A DNA stretch of 64,000 nucleotides from Eledone cirrhosa (Eukaryota): NCBI GenBank assembly GCA_964016885.1, contig OZ024743.1, positions 302,374,001 through 302,438,000 of the forward strand, written 5' to 3'. The notes below the pieces were generated by a model. That model did no database searches. It saw nothing but the letters and a program-made list of their open reading frames with translations, and was not told the DNA's origin. Numbering within the stretch: the first letter of the stretch is position 1; every line of letters starts with the position of its first letter. Below are positions 1 through 13,790 of this stretch, piece by piece. The position numbers and the translations under genes are program-made.

Positions 1-19
1 TATATATATATGTGTGTGT

Positions 20-372
20 GTGTCGTATGGTTCCTAGGATGCGTCCATAGGCGGTATGCTGGTTGAGCACTCTATGTTCCTACGGAGCAGAGTGTGATAG
101 AATGTATAACGAAGAATCAGTGATGCATCGGGACTCAATGTATTTCATATTACAATTGTTTCTCCGGCGAACAGCTGGAGGTGCGATCTGTTTGTGGATC
201 GAACACGACTTTGGATTCCCAAGTTCCAAGGATACGTCTAGTGATTTCGAAACAAATTTTCATTCTCAGAGTCAGGTTTGATCCAGAACCAGATCGCACC
301 TTGCGTCTTCGTCGGAGAACCAATTGTTATACGTAATAAATTGAGCTCCGATGCATCATTGATTCTTCGTTT
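20..372. repeat. Fold-back repeat, probable PLE pLTR remnant; related to 32790-33170
   Basis: Imperfect inverted arms ~107-200 and ~280-371. Shares CCATAGGCGGTATGC, AGCACTC and CAGTGATGCATC with 32805-32892. Flanked by (TA)n. Confidence 0.6.
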
Positions 373-435
373 TCCATTTTATATATATATATATAAATAT
401 GTATATATGTATATATCTATATCTATATCTATATA

Positions 436-476
<41 letters not shown>

Positions 477-951
477 ACATATATATATATATACATACAA
501 ACACAAAGATCCCGTTAAGTGTGAAAGCAGCGATTCTTTGCTTAAACTTTAATCTGTTATTTTAACAAATAAATATAAATATATATATATGCGTTCTTGG
601 CCAACCCGGTATGAATTTTGTTTCTCTCTCTCTCTCTCGTCTGCGACTTCACGAATTCGCAGACCAGACCTCTTCTTCTTCCCCCCGTTAGACCTGTGCG
701 AAATCCCTTCCTTGCTCACATTTCAACCAGGTTTGATGGTCTTTATTCTCTTGTTTACGATTTCACCGAGTTTATATTCATAGAAATCTGGGACTTATCT
801 CTTTCTTCTCACTTTCTGTTGCTTAAACCATTTTGTTTGTTCACCCTAACGTCCCCTTTATTTACGTGTCCCAACGACTTTTTTTAGCCGTTGATCGCAC
901 CAACCTGAGGTATATGGCCCTTAAAGCGATGAAATGCCTAGGACGGTTGGA

Positions 952-990
952 GGGTCACTGATGAAGGAATTACTTTTTCATATGTAACCC
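952..990 (+). ncRNA. Decayed hammerhead-like motif
   Basis: GGGTCA-CTGATGA-AGGAA...CATATG-TAACCC. Core, stem I and a palindrome are present, but GAAA is missing. Confidence 0.35.
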
Positions 991-1559
991 ATTTGCAACG
1001 CCGCAGCTCCATTATTATCATATTTAAATATATATATATTTATATATATATATACTAATAATATTAATAAATGGAAAATATCTTTATAAAGCCAATTTAT
1101 TTTATTATACGTATTCTATTATACATGTGTTAATCCATCTCGAAACATTGGAGAAAAATAGACCAACCCCGGTGGGGGGGGGGGGGGATTAAAAGGACAA
1201 AAAACGGGTCAGTAGTATACGAACACGTCAGACAAAAACATGACGTTAATATAGGCAACATAGAAATTAAAATAATATCTAAACATAGAAATGACTCAGC
1301 AGGTAGGTAAATCAGAGAAGCTACTGAAATAGAATTTAGAAGACCAAAGTTAAACACAAAAAACGAATGGAATAACAACAACCATAGCCAAACGATCAAT
1401 ACTGACGTAAGGAAAATATATATAAATAAATAAATATATACACACGTACAATAACAACAAACACCTATAAACACACACTAGTAAACAAAGATGGAATACA
1501 AAAACCAAATCACATACATTCAAATGCGAACACACACACAACACATTATACATACATGC

Positions 1560-1999
<440 letters not shown>

Positions 2000-2188
2000 T
2001 GGATTGGCAGTATCAGTAGAGGGTCGGACTCCCTGCTTTGAAGTATAGAGTTACCTCCCTGTATGATCTGAGTTCAAATCCTGCCGAGGTTAACTTCGCC
2101 TTTCTTCCTTACGTGGTCGATACAATAAAGTAGCAGTAATGCACTGGGTAATTGCTGGCCTTCTGCCAAAAAGTAGAAACAATTATTA
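2000..2188 (+). mobile_element. tRNA-derived SINE
   Basis: Box A-like TGGCAGTATCAG and box B GAGTTCAAATCC, then a conserved GCCTTTC.TCCTT...GTCGATA core and an AT tail. Six copies in the window. Confidence 0.85.
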
Positions 2189-2236
2189 CAACAACATGAC
2201 ACTCCCCAAGTATAACAATACATATATATATATATA

Positions 2237-5200
2237 CTAGCAGAAGTACCCGGCGTTATCCGGTTGTATGTCGACCTTTGCTCTGTTGTTAACAAGTGTG
2301 AAAGTTACTTCCCGCGCATCACAGGTGCAAAAATCTTCGAAACTCAAGGAAAAAAACAGAGATTAGTAGACGCAGGTGTGTAATTCAGCATAAATAATGG
2401 ATCAATTATAGGTTCACAGTGTATCGTTAAAAATTTGTCTTTTCACGACTTGACGGAAGTCAAATTCACGTGAAATTAAATTTTCAGTTGATTTTTAAAT
2501 CAGTTATTTTTTTTTTTACAATTTTCGCGCTCACATGTGCAGAAGAAGAAATAAAAGGGACTTTATTTGAACCGCGGCATAATGGCGATTTTTTGCGACA
2601 GTTTTCAAGAAAATCGGACGTTCCTGTAAAAATGTCCCCATGTGCAACATCTTTGCCTTGTTTTTTGAGCAAAGTCAAACACCCGCTTCAGTTTTATTGA
2701 TTTTTTTATTTGAATGCGTGACCTGTGAAGTAGATTTGAGTAGCTGTCCCGATAAATTTGCTATAGGTGAATAAAAGTTGGTCAAAATGGTGTCTAAGGT
2801 TATTGCCCTTTGCAACAGTCTCAACGTGTCTTCAAGTATGGTTTGTTAATTTGTTGTGGAACTAACTTTCGTTAAATCGGACCGAGGAAACAATGTTTCC
2901 ATTGGTCTTTCTAGCTGGTGTACCCGGTTACACTCGGGGATATAATGCGCTGGATTTAAACGGGTCTGCGGTAAATTCCAGCAGGGTGCTTTAACCGAAA
3001 TAAATGAAGAACAAACGTTTCTTTTGTGCTCCAATCTGTGATATTGGCATTTTGATAAAATAGTCCACAAACATCCATGGAGCAAGTGAAATGCATGTAT
3101 ATGAGAGGATTGTTTTCCTTGTGATTCGCGTCTAGCCTACAAAGTGAAGTTAGATGATTGTAGTCGGTGTTGTATCAATAAAAAATAAAAGCATACGGAA
3201 GACTGAACACTTACGAATTATGTGAAAATCATGTTGCTATCGGAGCAACATGTGCCGAGAAACCTGACAGACTGTTGTTTCAATATTGAAGTCGTAGAAA
3301 TTGCGAATCCCCACCTCTAAGATGTAATGGATTGGCCTTGGAGGTGAAGGGGAAGAATTGGTACAATTTTTTGCTGAACATGTTGACCATTAATCTAAAT
3401 AGACTTACGCAGCATCATATTGGCCTAGAATGAAGGTCGGTTAAACGCGGCAGTAAAATAAGCCATGCTGATGATGTTTAGGGGCGTCGCAGGGAATAGA
3501 TGCGGCGTTGTGAGTCAATTGTGAGGACAGTGAAAGGCACGCTGATAGCTTGAGAAGACGCGATGCTATACAGGATGCTTCTCGGCCATAATTGACAGAA
3601 AGGCATTTCATGAGAAATGAAAGAGTTGCTATTCATCCTTTGCTTAGCATGATGAACATGTAATTAAAAAGATTTACCATGGACTATCCTGCACGTTGGT
3701 ACTGTGTTTAGCCTGCGAAAATCGGTGGTGAAATGAGGCAACAATAAGCCAAGCTGATGACACTTAAGCGGGTGTCAAAGAATTGATGCGGCATAGATAG
3801 CCATAGGAGTCCTGAAGGAGCACTGTAGTCAGGCAAAAGAAAGGGCCGAGGATAGGATGCTGTCTGACAGTGCATGGATGCCGCATCCTGAGGCATGATG
3901 ATGCAGTGGGAAGACGGCCAGCATGCAAGGAAGGGGGAAGGGGAGGACGGTGGCAAGGAATCCGCATGGTGAGCCATGGCAGTCTTGAAGGAACACTGTG
4001 TGCAGGCAAAAGAAAGAGCCGAGGAGGGGATGGCGGCTGACAGAGCATTGATGCGGCATGGTGATGCATGACAATGCAGTGGGATGACGGCGTGCAGGGA
4101 ACGGAGAGGGCAGGGGTTGACGGAGGCAGGGATGCGACTTGGTCCCTCAAGACTGCCATGCCTAGGCAGTGGAAAGGTTCGGGGAGTGGATGGCAGCTGA
4201 CAGGGCAGGGATGCAATATGATGAGGCATGATGAAAGCGCAGCGTGCATGACGGCTGAGATGGCGTGGATGCGGCATGCCAATTGGGTTGTACCTCGGGA
4301 ATGTAGAGAGCACCGGGGGACACGATGATTGTTTGTGAAAACTGGGTGCAAGGCAGGATGTTTATCGGCCATACATGACCGGTAGGCTTTGGAGAAGAAA
4401 GGGATGAAATGTTGTTTAATTTTGTTAAATATGGACAAAATAAATGTAAAAAGACTTACACAGGATCGTCTTCATGTTCGGTGCAGTCTCTGGTCTGAGA
4501 TAATGGGCGGTTATGTGCGGCGTAGCAATAAACCATGCTGATGACATTTGAGCAAATTGTTGACAGGGCAGGAATGCCGCATGGTGAGCCATGGCAGTCG
4601 TGAAGGACTAAGTCGTGCGGGCAAGGGAGAGGGCAGGAGTTGACGGTGGCAGGGATGCGGCTTGGTTAGGCATGGCAGTCTTGATAAAGCACGGCGGGCA
4701 GGCAAAATAAAAGGATGAGGAGGGGATGGCGGCTGACAGATCATGGATGCGGCATGGAGAGGCATGACGATGCATGGGTCGACGGCGTGCAGGGAAGCGA
4801 GAGGGCAGGGTTTGACGGTGGCAGGGATGTAGCTTGGTCATGCATGGAAGTATTGAGCTCTCCCGGAGTGTAGGTAGGAAATGGGTAGGGGTGGACGATG
4901 GCAGCGATTCCGTATGTTGAGCCGTGGCAGTCCTTAGGGACCACAGATGGCACGCAATGGAAAGGGCCGGGGAATGAATTGCGGCTGACAAGGCAGAGAT
5001 GCGCATGGTGATGTACAAAATGCAGTGGGTCGACGGCGTGCAGGGAAGGGAGAGGGCAGGGGTTGAAGGATGCCTCATTATGCTACGGCAGTGTGACCAC
5101 GGGAATGAAGAGAGCGCATGGAGTCTCGATTATCGCTTGAGAATACTGTGCGCAATACAGGATGATGCGCGGCAGTATAGTCTTGATAGTCCTTATATAA

Positions 5201-5744
5201 GAAATGGAAGAATCGGCACAACAGGTTTGCTGAATATGGTCAGCATAATTTAAAGAGACTTATGGTGGATAATCCTGATGGATTGAACGTTTTTTGCATG
5301 GCGGGAGTCGCGACAAATAGAAGCAAGTAGTATGGCGTTTTTCGGTTGCCGGATCTTTGCCTCTGGGGGTCCGATTATCGATTCTTTGAAAATTTGAAGT
5401 ACCCCACGTTGAACCCCGCATCAAAATACATACCTACGTTAAATTTCATTGGAATCGGACAAATTTCGTAAATATCCATGTTTGCCTCGGATGATCCAAT
5501 TATCAAAATACACATTAGCGTCTAGTTTCATCGAAATCGGACGATTTCTGAAAATATCGAATTGTAGCTTCTGGGGGAGCCCGATTATTGATTTTTAGAA
5601 AATTTCAAGTAGCCTATTCCAATCTACGCGTCGAGTTCTATATATGTCTCAAGTTTCATGAAAATCGGATGAACGGTGTAGCCTGTAAGTTCGGGACACA
5701 AAACAACCATACAAACAACGCCTAACTTCACTTCGTATATAAGA
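2237..5744 (-). mobile_element. Non-autonomous Helitron (~3.5 kb) with internal tandem repeats
   Basis: On the minus strand: 5' TC (TCTTATATA, 5744), subterminal hairpin CCGG-ATAACG-CCGG and 3' CTAG (2240-2237), inserted between A and T in (TA)n. Typical AAGTTTCAT...AATCGG subterminal repeats at 5370-5700. Confidence 0.75.
3790..5070. repeat. GC-rich diverged minisatellite (~85/173-bp units) inside the Helitron
   Basis: AGGCAAAAGAAAG at 3831 and 4004, with a variant at ~4700. GCCATGGCAGTC, GGCTGACAG and GCAGGGATGCG recur. Confidence 0.8.
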
Positions 5745-5764
5745 TATATATATATATATATATA

Positions 5765-5801
<37 letters not shown>

Positions 5802-5802
<1 letters not shown>

Positions 5803-6551
5803 TAGCTAAAGTACCCTTCCTTTGGACGGTTCAAGTAGCTTTCGATGTCGGTCATTAAACTAAACAAAGTAGATTTGAATACATAGAAGAGAAACGTACT
5901 TTATGTAAACATGAACACCTTAGGCACTATTCTAGCGAAATAATTATTATGTGAGGTCGGTGTCATCCGTTATACCATGGAACAATAGAAATCCAGCCTA
6001 GGTATGAATTTGTTTGACAACAGTAAAAGCGCATCATGAAATAGAGAAGTGAAGTGAATTATAAACACTATTATGTACAAAGCATAATATTGTCAAAGTT
6101 ATTACATCACTTAATGCATGAACATCAAGATTGAAACGCGAAATTATACAATGTCAAATCTATAACTTAACTTAGTAATCTGTTAGAAATTGCTGGCTGT
6201 GAAATATACAAAATGATATTGCTTGTCTCAAGGAAGCGTACCTTTTGTTTCAAGTACAAAGAGTAAATTAAAATCCGAATGAGCCGAATTACGAAAGATA
6301 ACTCTTGTCTTACTTAATCAAGAAAATTTAGACAAGTAACCGAAACTTGTTTAATATCTCCAAAGGCCCCAATATCGATTGTTGAAGGCCTATGTAGATC
6401 ATGTACAGGTTTTGTGCAAGGATAAGCTCTGTAAAAGATTTCAAAGAAATCGCATAAATGGTTTAGAATATATGAGCCCTCATTTAAAATTGTCCGCACA
6501 CACATACCATACATACATATACAGAAAACTTCCTCTTTTTATATATACAGA
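5802..6551 (-). mobile_element. Second non-autonomous Helitron in tandem with the first
   Basis: 3' CTAG at 5805-5802 with an imperfect hairpin (CCCTTCC-TTT-GGACGG on +). 5' TCTGTATATAT at 6551, in (TA)n context. Confidence 0.6.
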
Positions 6552-7321
6552 TATATATAAATGAGGGGCGGCATGTGTGTGAGTATGTGTACGTTTTTGT
6601 TTATGAGTATCTATGTGAGTGTATTGAAATTTCATATTAATGTACCACATTATTATTATTAGAAAAAAGTATCTAGCGAAGGGGACCGTTCAGAAATCTG
6701 TTGATGCAAAAAAAAAGAAACAAAATGATAAGTGATGAGGAGAGATGTTAGCTTTTATTAAACGCCAACGATAGATGATGTGAAGGACAAGTAGATTTAT
6801 GTACGATTCAATAGTCACGTAATAGGAAAGGAGATATGGCCTCGGCCATATAGTTAAACTCAGCTATAGCAGGGAAGTGGGAACCGTGTGTTTAACATTT
6901 GCATGTCTGGCAATTCACATATCTGCCCCAACGGCTGTGGAAAATGACATACGCTGTTTCGATACACACATATACACCCACATACGCACACACGCAATGC
7001 ACACACATACGCACACCAACACACACACATGCACCCATACATATAGGCACACACACACACACACACACAATACAACATAAATAAATAATTAGAGAGAAAA
7101 TCCACTGGAGGAATTGGAAGTTGTCAGCTCATAATTATCGGAATTTTTGCATAGATAGGAAATGTTTTCTAGACCGTTTCATTTATATATCAACATAACT
7201 CATGATTTTCTCAAATCTAAATACCGAAACAAAACGAATGAACACTTCTCCAGACTTGTGTTCCGAACATATCAGTGATTTCAGTCTATATATATTTCTT
7301 TACGTCACCTTATCGATGGAT

Positions 7322-7367
<46 letters not shown>

Positions 7368-7368
<1 letters not shown>

Positions 7369-9056
7369 CTTTAAGTCGTTTGGAAGCCTCGACATTGCAG
7401 ATGGGTAAATCTCCGGGTAACAAGATCCGAGAGAGATGTTAGTGGGTGTACGTTGAGATGCGTGGCGTGTAACGAGTAGAGGAATGAAGGAAAGAGCGTA
7501 AAGGATAAAAATAAAAATAAGAACACGAGAAAGAGTTACCTTGGGAGAGATTTAATTGTCCCTATATATTTAGGATTCACATCCAACAACTGGGTTTTTT
7601 TCCAGGGGGGAGGGGGGGTGATGTCCGTCGGAAAGGTGCGAAACGTATCCTCCGCAGTTCGTTATTTTGAATATCTGAGGTATTCAGCAGAGCGCGCGTG
7701 CGCATGAAATGGAGTCAGTCAGGCAGAGGTCAGCGGCCGAGAGTAGTTTGTGGGAGTGGGGTGGCGCTAGCTGTCAGTCCATACTCTGCCTGTTTCGTGA
7801 ATGTTACTTTGTGTGTGTGTGCGTGTGTTGTTGTCTCGCTTGAGTGTGTGTGCGTGTGTTATTGCCTTGTTCCTCTGTATTGGCAGTGTAGTATGTTCGT
7901 ATGGTGGAATGCTACTGTGCGTGCGTATGCTTGTGTTGCTGACTCGCTTGTGTGTGTGTGTGTTGCTGCATCGTTTGTTAACTTAAACCAAACACCTCAT
8001 TTCACTTCTGTCGGATCGGTTGTTTAATTGTGGCCCTAGGCGTTTGATCCAAAGTGCTTCCTTGATACGTAACGTGCCGACGTTTCTTTCTGTCGCTAGA
8101 ATTGTGACAATGGACCTTCCGTCTTTGTTTCCATATTTGGCTATGTGTTTCCGGAAAGACGAGGCCCTGGTTTTAGTGAGTTCCTTGACCCGGATGTGCA
8201 ACGGCTGGATTGTGCTACCTATAGGGTATTGGTTGCACTTGTTACATTCTATCTCATACACGACGTATGTGCGTAGACAACAGTTCGCATGGCGCATCGG
8301 GCAGTCTCTGATGCAGCACGCGTCAGTTAATTTCCCGGGTTTCCTGGAGAGGCATCTTCGCAGGGAGGGGCTAGAGTGGGCCAGGTGGATATCGAGGCCC
8401 TCCCTCCGTATATCCTTGCGGATAGCATTGGTGGTATTCTTGCCTTGGGTGCCTCTCTGTCTCTTGTGCCTGGTGTCTCCTACACTGTCTGTGAGCGAGG
8501 TAGGGTACCGGTTCGTCTCCAGCACCTCGAGTAATCGCTTGGTATGAGTGACACCACTCGCGTGATCGCTGCATCTGTTTTTGATTCGAGCGATCTCGTT
8601 CGTGATGTATCCTCTTTTGGCACTGTAGGGATGGCGGACTTGTAGTGGACGAACAGGTCCCTGCAGGCTGCCTTTCGGAAGAAGTTGCAGTGGATCCCTC
8701 CTTGTTCCGTGATGTTGATTCGGAAGTCAAGGAGGGCAAGTGATCCGTCGTCGTTAGGTTGTTCAAGACTGAAGTCAATTTTCTCGTCCGTGTTGTTGAA
8801 CGTCTCATAGATTCTGTTCGCCATGTCTTGGGAAGAGGGTGAGGATGAGGATATCGTCCACGTACCTTGAGTAAAAGGTGATGGCACTGGGGTGGCAGGT
8901 GTTGAGTGCCTTGAGCTCGAGGCTGTCTATGTAAGAGATCGCTAGCACACCCGACAGGCTTGATCCCATAGGCAGTCCCTAGGTTTGTCGGTATGTTTGG
9001 TCAAGGAATCGAATCCGACGTAGGTGCTGTGGACGACGATGGAGAGGAGTTGGTGG

Positions 9057-9058
<2 letters not shown>
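7368..9058 (-). mobile_element. 5'-truncated, decayed Penelope-like element (RT C-half, GIY-YIG, 3' pLTR), family C
   Basis: Translates GLPMGSSLSG, SRYVDDI, VVYEIECNKC...IGST and LRIKEALWI with frameshifts. Homologous to the 47.4-50.0 kb ORF. The pLTR at 7368-7700 matches 10115-10480 and 22570-23030. Confidence 0.9.
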
Positions 9059-9108
<50 letters not shown>

Positions 9109-10060
9109 AGGGTGTTAGTTGTGTATTCACATATAAACACTCGCAAGCACACTCACGCACGCGCACACATACACACATACACACACACACACAAACACAA
9201 ACACACACACACACATAGACACACACACATATATATATATATATATTTAATTTGAATGTTAATTAATCTCTAATACATAAACTTCTCAATGAGTGGAATC
9301 AATATTTTATATTAAATCTAAGTGAGAAACAACTCTATTTATTGGAGTATAAGCCAGATAGATGAAACAGATATTCTATCGACACACTTTTGTTAGCATA
9401 TCTCCCTACCATGGCTTTGTTTGCGGAGGACCCTTTATTTTTAAATTTAAAAAAAAGTATCCGCAATATTCTTCAGGGATGTTTTAATTCTTTAAAATTT
9501 AACGGTATAAAAACTAAGAATGTATACATTATTTCTTTGCCGAGGTCTCCTTGTGAACAAAAACAAACGTTATGCAGTTGAATGACTAAATGATTAACAT
9601 TCTATCAATATATTAGGAATATTACTTCTCCAACGGATTCCACTTATTGAAGTGTTTAATTATTAGAGACTAACTAACGTTTAATTAATATTCTTAAATT
9701 CATCGAGTTGTATCAGAAATTGTTTTGGCTGCGATTTACGGCTTCATTATGAGCCTGTTATATAATCCTAATATTTTGATCTTTTAATAGTTCAACTACA
9801 AAACGTGTTTTTTTTTTCCAGTAAGCCAAACAAACTATATATATAATTTCTTGATTTCCATACCCTTATTTTTCTCTCCTGAAGAGTGTTGTGGATTCTT
9901 CAAGACTTGGTGTCTCTAATAATAGTTTTTTCCGCAAACGAATCCATGGTGTGGACATCTTCATACAAGTGACTATGGATTGATTTCTTTTTTGTCCATC
10001 TTGGCTGTTTTCACATAAATAGATTTATTTATATATATATATACATATAACTTTATTGTT

Positions 10061-10475
10061 GTCTGTCGGAAAGGTGCGAAACGCGTCCTCCAATGTTCGT
10101 TGTTTTGAATATCAGATATTCAAAACAACGAACAGCGGAGGACGCGTTTCGCACCTTTCCGACAGACGACCTTTCCCCCACCCCGGAAAAAAAACCCAGT
10201 TGATGGATGTGAATCCGAAATATATAGGGACAATTAAATCTCTCCCAAGGTAACTCTCTCTCGTGTTGTTATTTTATTTAATCCTTTTTTCTGTTTCCTT
10301 CATTCCTCTACACGTCTCATACACGCCACGCATCTCAACGTACACCCACCTACATCTCTCTCTCCAGCACCGGATCTTGTTACCCGGAGATTTACCCATT
10401 TGCATTGTCGAGGCTTCCAAACGACTTAAATAAATTTACCTTATTATTCCACAATGCTTAAAGCAAACTTCAATA

Positions 10476-10480
<5 letters not shown>
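10061..10480 (+). mobile_element. Solo pLTR of family C with a 5' fold-back hairpin
   Basis: Near-perfect palindrome 10061-10167 centred at 10114, then a variant hammerhead and donor AAG|GTAACT (10250). Ends in ATGCTTAAAGCAAACTTCAAT, which resembles the PLE ORF start. Confidence 0.8.
10195..10229 (+). ncRNA. Hammerhead-like motif with atypical CAGUUGA core
   Basis: CC-CAGTTGA-T-GGAT(GTGA)ATCC-GAAA-TATA-TA-GGG. Same position in the pLTR as the CCGAAGA hammerhead at 47.0 kb. Confidence 0.55.
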
Positions 10481-10529
<49 letters not shown>

Positions 10530-10727
10530 TTCCAAATATTAACAAATGAAGATAGTGACATAATCAAAATATATGCTTTATTATATATATATATTCGAAG
10601 GTATTGTGTTGTATTTTCAGTACGCCTCGTCAGATAAGATTCATGATTATATATATGACATACCTCTACGGTCTTGATATTTCAATTCCTAGGAATTGAG
10701 TAATCAATGAATCATATTAATATTTGG

Positions 10728-10801
<74 letters not shown>

Positions 10802-10809
10802 GAAATGAA

Positions 10810-11960
10810 GTATTTTAGATATATCCCACACGAGTAAAATATAGGAAAGCAGATGTTCAAAATGTAAATGCAGGCTTAAAGAACGTTTATTTTCTATATT
10901 TTAAAATTTTACCGGTTGTTAATGATTTTTTCAAAACTTACGAGAGATGGAAAGATATGTGTCTATGCTGAACTCTACCACGCATCTATCTGATGTTGGG
11001 AATTTCTTTCAGTTTTATGTGTAAAATGGCTCAAATTCGCAAATACAATTTGATAAGTTGATCGCATAATTAGGCATAGAAATGTTTGGTAAAAAAAAAA
11101 ACCGGGTGACATGGTTCCTTATGGAGAAAAAGTGGCTCACGTGTAACGTATAATTTGATAGGCTGAGGATGATCACGCGCGTAGGCAGCGAATTTGCCAG
11201 TAAAATCGCGCCATGGGAAAAATTCGTGTTTTAGTCAATATTGATATTAGCAATTCATGCTTGTTTTTCGTTTGTTTAATAGACTAGGAAAGTTGACTAT
11301 TTAAGGTATTGTCCAAACATTTTAAAGTTCAGGAATTGCTATATTAAATGGAATATTTGTCTTCTTGTCTTTCGGTTGGCTTGAGGTGAATAGTAATTAT
11401 TGTTTGGAATCTGTTGGTTTCAGGTGAATGTCAGTTTTAATATTAATGGTTTTTTTCATGATTAAAATATCCAGAAATGAAATTTGATTTGATTATATTC
11501 CATATTCAAATGGATCTTCTTATTGATCCTGGGAATTTGAGCTCTGATGCCATTGAGTTGTTCAAGTGTGTCTGTCCATATGACATGTCAGCCATCGAAA
11601 TGGCGTTTCTAGCTGTCTAGTAAATATTTGTGGAAATATATGTTATAATTTAATCTGGATTGTTTAAATATCTGGACTTCCAGGTATGCCATGTCAAATT
11701 TGGCGAACGTAGAAGCAACCTTTAAACCCATCGAAATACCCGATATTTGTTTGTAAGTATTGTAAGTCAAATCAAAATCATTGTTTTGAGGAATGAATGT
11801 TAGTCCCTCGTTGATGAACACGTTTTCTATTCTTTATGGGATTGCATTGAATAATTTTTAGGGCCAGAATCATATTTTGTGACGTGTCCGTATTTGTCTC
11901 AGGTTTCTGATGTCAAAAGATTAAATGATGGTATCTTTGTTGACTTGATGGTATCTTTGC
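10810..11960 (-). mobile_element. Decayed, internally deleted copy of the Neptune-like PLE
   Basis: ORF 11609-11821 (FINEGLTFIPQNN...YKQISGISMG) aligns with ORF 43670-44521. Degenerate pLTR with ACCGGTAAAA near 10910. Confidence 0.8.
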
Positions 11961-12061
11961 GTCCGAAACTTTAAGACGCTCTTCCTGGTATTTCAAGCGT
12001 CAAACTATTACATCCCTTCCATATACTATACCGATTGTGTTGTTATTTATATTTACGCTTT

Positions 12062-12152
<91 letters not shown>

Positions 12153-12157
12153 TCTAT

Positions 12158-12191
<34 letters not shown>

Positions 12192-12201
12192 ATGTGTATA
12201 T

Positions 12202-12505
<304 letters not shown>

Positions 12506-12545
12506 TATAAGTATATATATATAATGATATTACCTTCCAGTGTTC

Positions 12546-12737
<192 letters not shown>

Positions 12738-12957
12738 CATATATATATATATCACATCCCTCCACCCACTATCACACCTACAAGCCTCACACCCTTTCAC
12801 CACTTGTTTATTTTTATATTTATTGTTAAATTTACATTTCACAAAATTCCTTTACTCTCTAAAAAAATTGTTTTCCCTCCCTTTCATTCCCCACCCTTTT
12901 TAAATGCACCTCTACTACTCCCCCACAAACCCTCGAAACTCTCTTCCTACCCTCTGT

Positions 12958-12992
12958 TCTCCTCATGAAGTGCTTATGCCCGAAACGTCATC
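12958..12992 (+). ncRNA. Decayed minimal PLE-type hammerhead
   Basis: CTCATGAAGTGCTTATGCCCGAAACGTCA. Two substitutions away from CTGATGA-A-GGGC(TTAT)GCCC-GAAA-CGTC. Confidence 0.5.
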
Positions 12993-13065
12993 CCCCACCC
13001 CTCACTCTCCAGCGTGAAAAACTAAAAACAATATCATGTCTTCTCTGTATATTTATTAAACCATA

Positions 13066-13121
<56 letters not shown>

Positions 13122-13196
13122 TATTGAAATTTCCGTTGAAAACAGAAAAGGTCATAGAAGTGAAGAGAGCTCTATGTAAGTACCACAGCAAAATTT

Positions 13197-13790
13197 AATG
13201 TATAAAAATCAATACAATATAATTACCTCATTACCAGAGGTTTCCCGAATGAGGCGAATACGAAAGAAACGTCTTCATTCGTTCGTCAGACGAGGCAATA
13301 TAAAACATGGGTAAACACTTGGAAAGTCTCATCAAGAAAAGGAAAAAAAATATAGACAAATGAATTAGAATATGAAATATATAAAAATCTTTCAAGAAAT
13401 ATAGTTAGGTGTGTGTATATGTATGTATATACGCTCACAGATGTGCATATATGTGTATGCACATGTGTATACGTATAGTGAAAAAGTGTATATATTTACG
13501 CACACTTTTTCACTATACGTATACATATGTGCATACACATATATGCACATATGTGAGCGTATATACATACATATACACACTCCTAACTATATTTCTTGAA
13601 AGATTTTTATATATTTCATATTCTAATTCATTTGTCTATATGTTTTTCCTTTTCTTGGTGAGACTTTCCAAGTGTTTACCCATGTTTTATATTGCCTCGT
13701 CTGACGAACGAATGAAGACGTTTCTTTCGTATTCGCCTAATTCGGGAAGCCTCTGGTAATGAGGTATTTATATTGTATTGATTTTTATAC

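Noticed and set aside
2000-2090. tRNA gene
   Set aside because: Boxes A and B belong to a multi-copy SINE head and there is no complete cloverleaf.
3708-5253. Overlapping 70-224 aa ORFs on both strands
   Set aside because: They come from a GC-rich diverged tandem repeat and show no recognisable domain.
10061-10092. CGAAACGCGTC as a hammerhead 3' half
   Set aside because: It is antisense to the element, no CUGANGA core lies upstream, and the motif is not preserved in the 7.6 and 22.6 kb copies.
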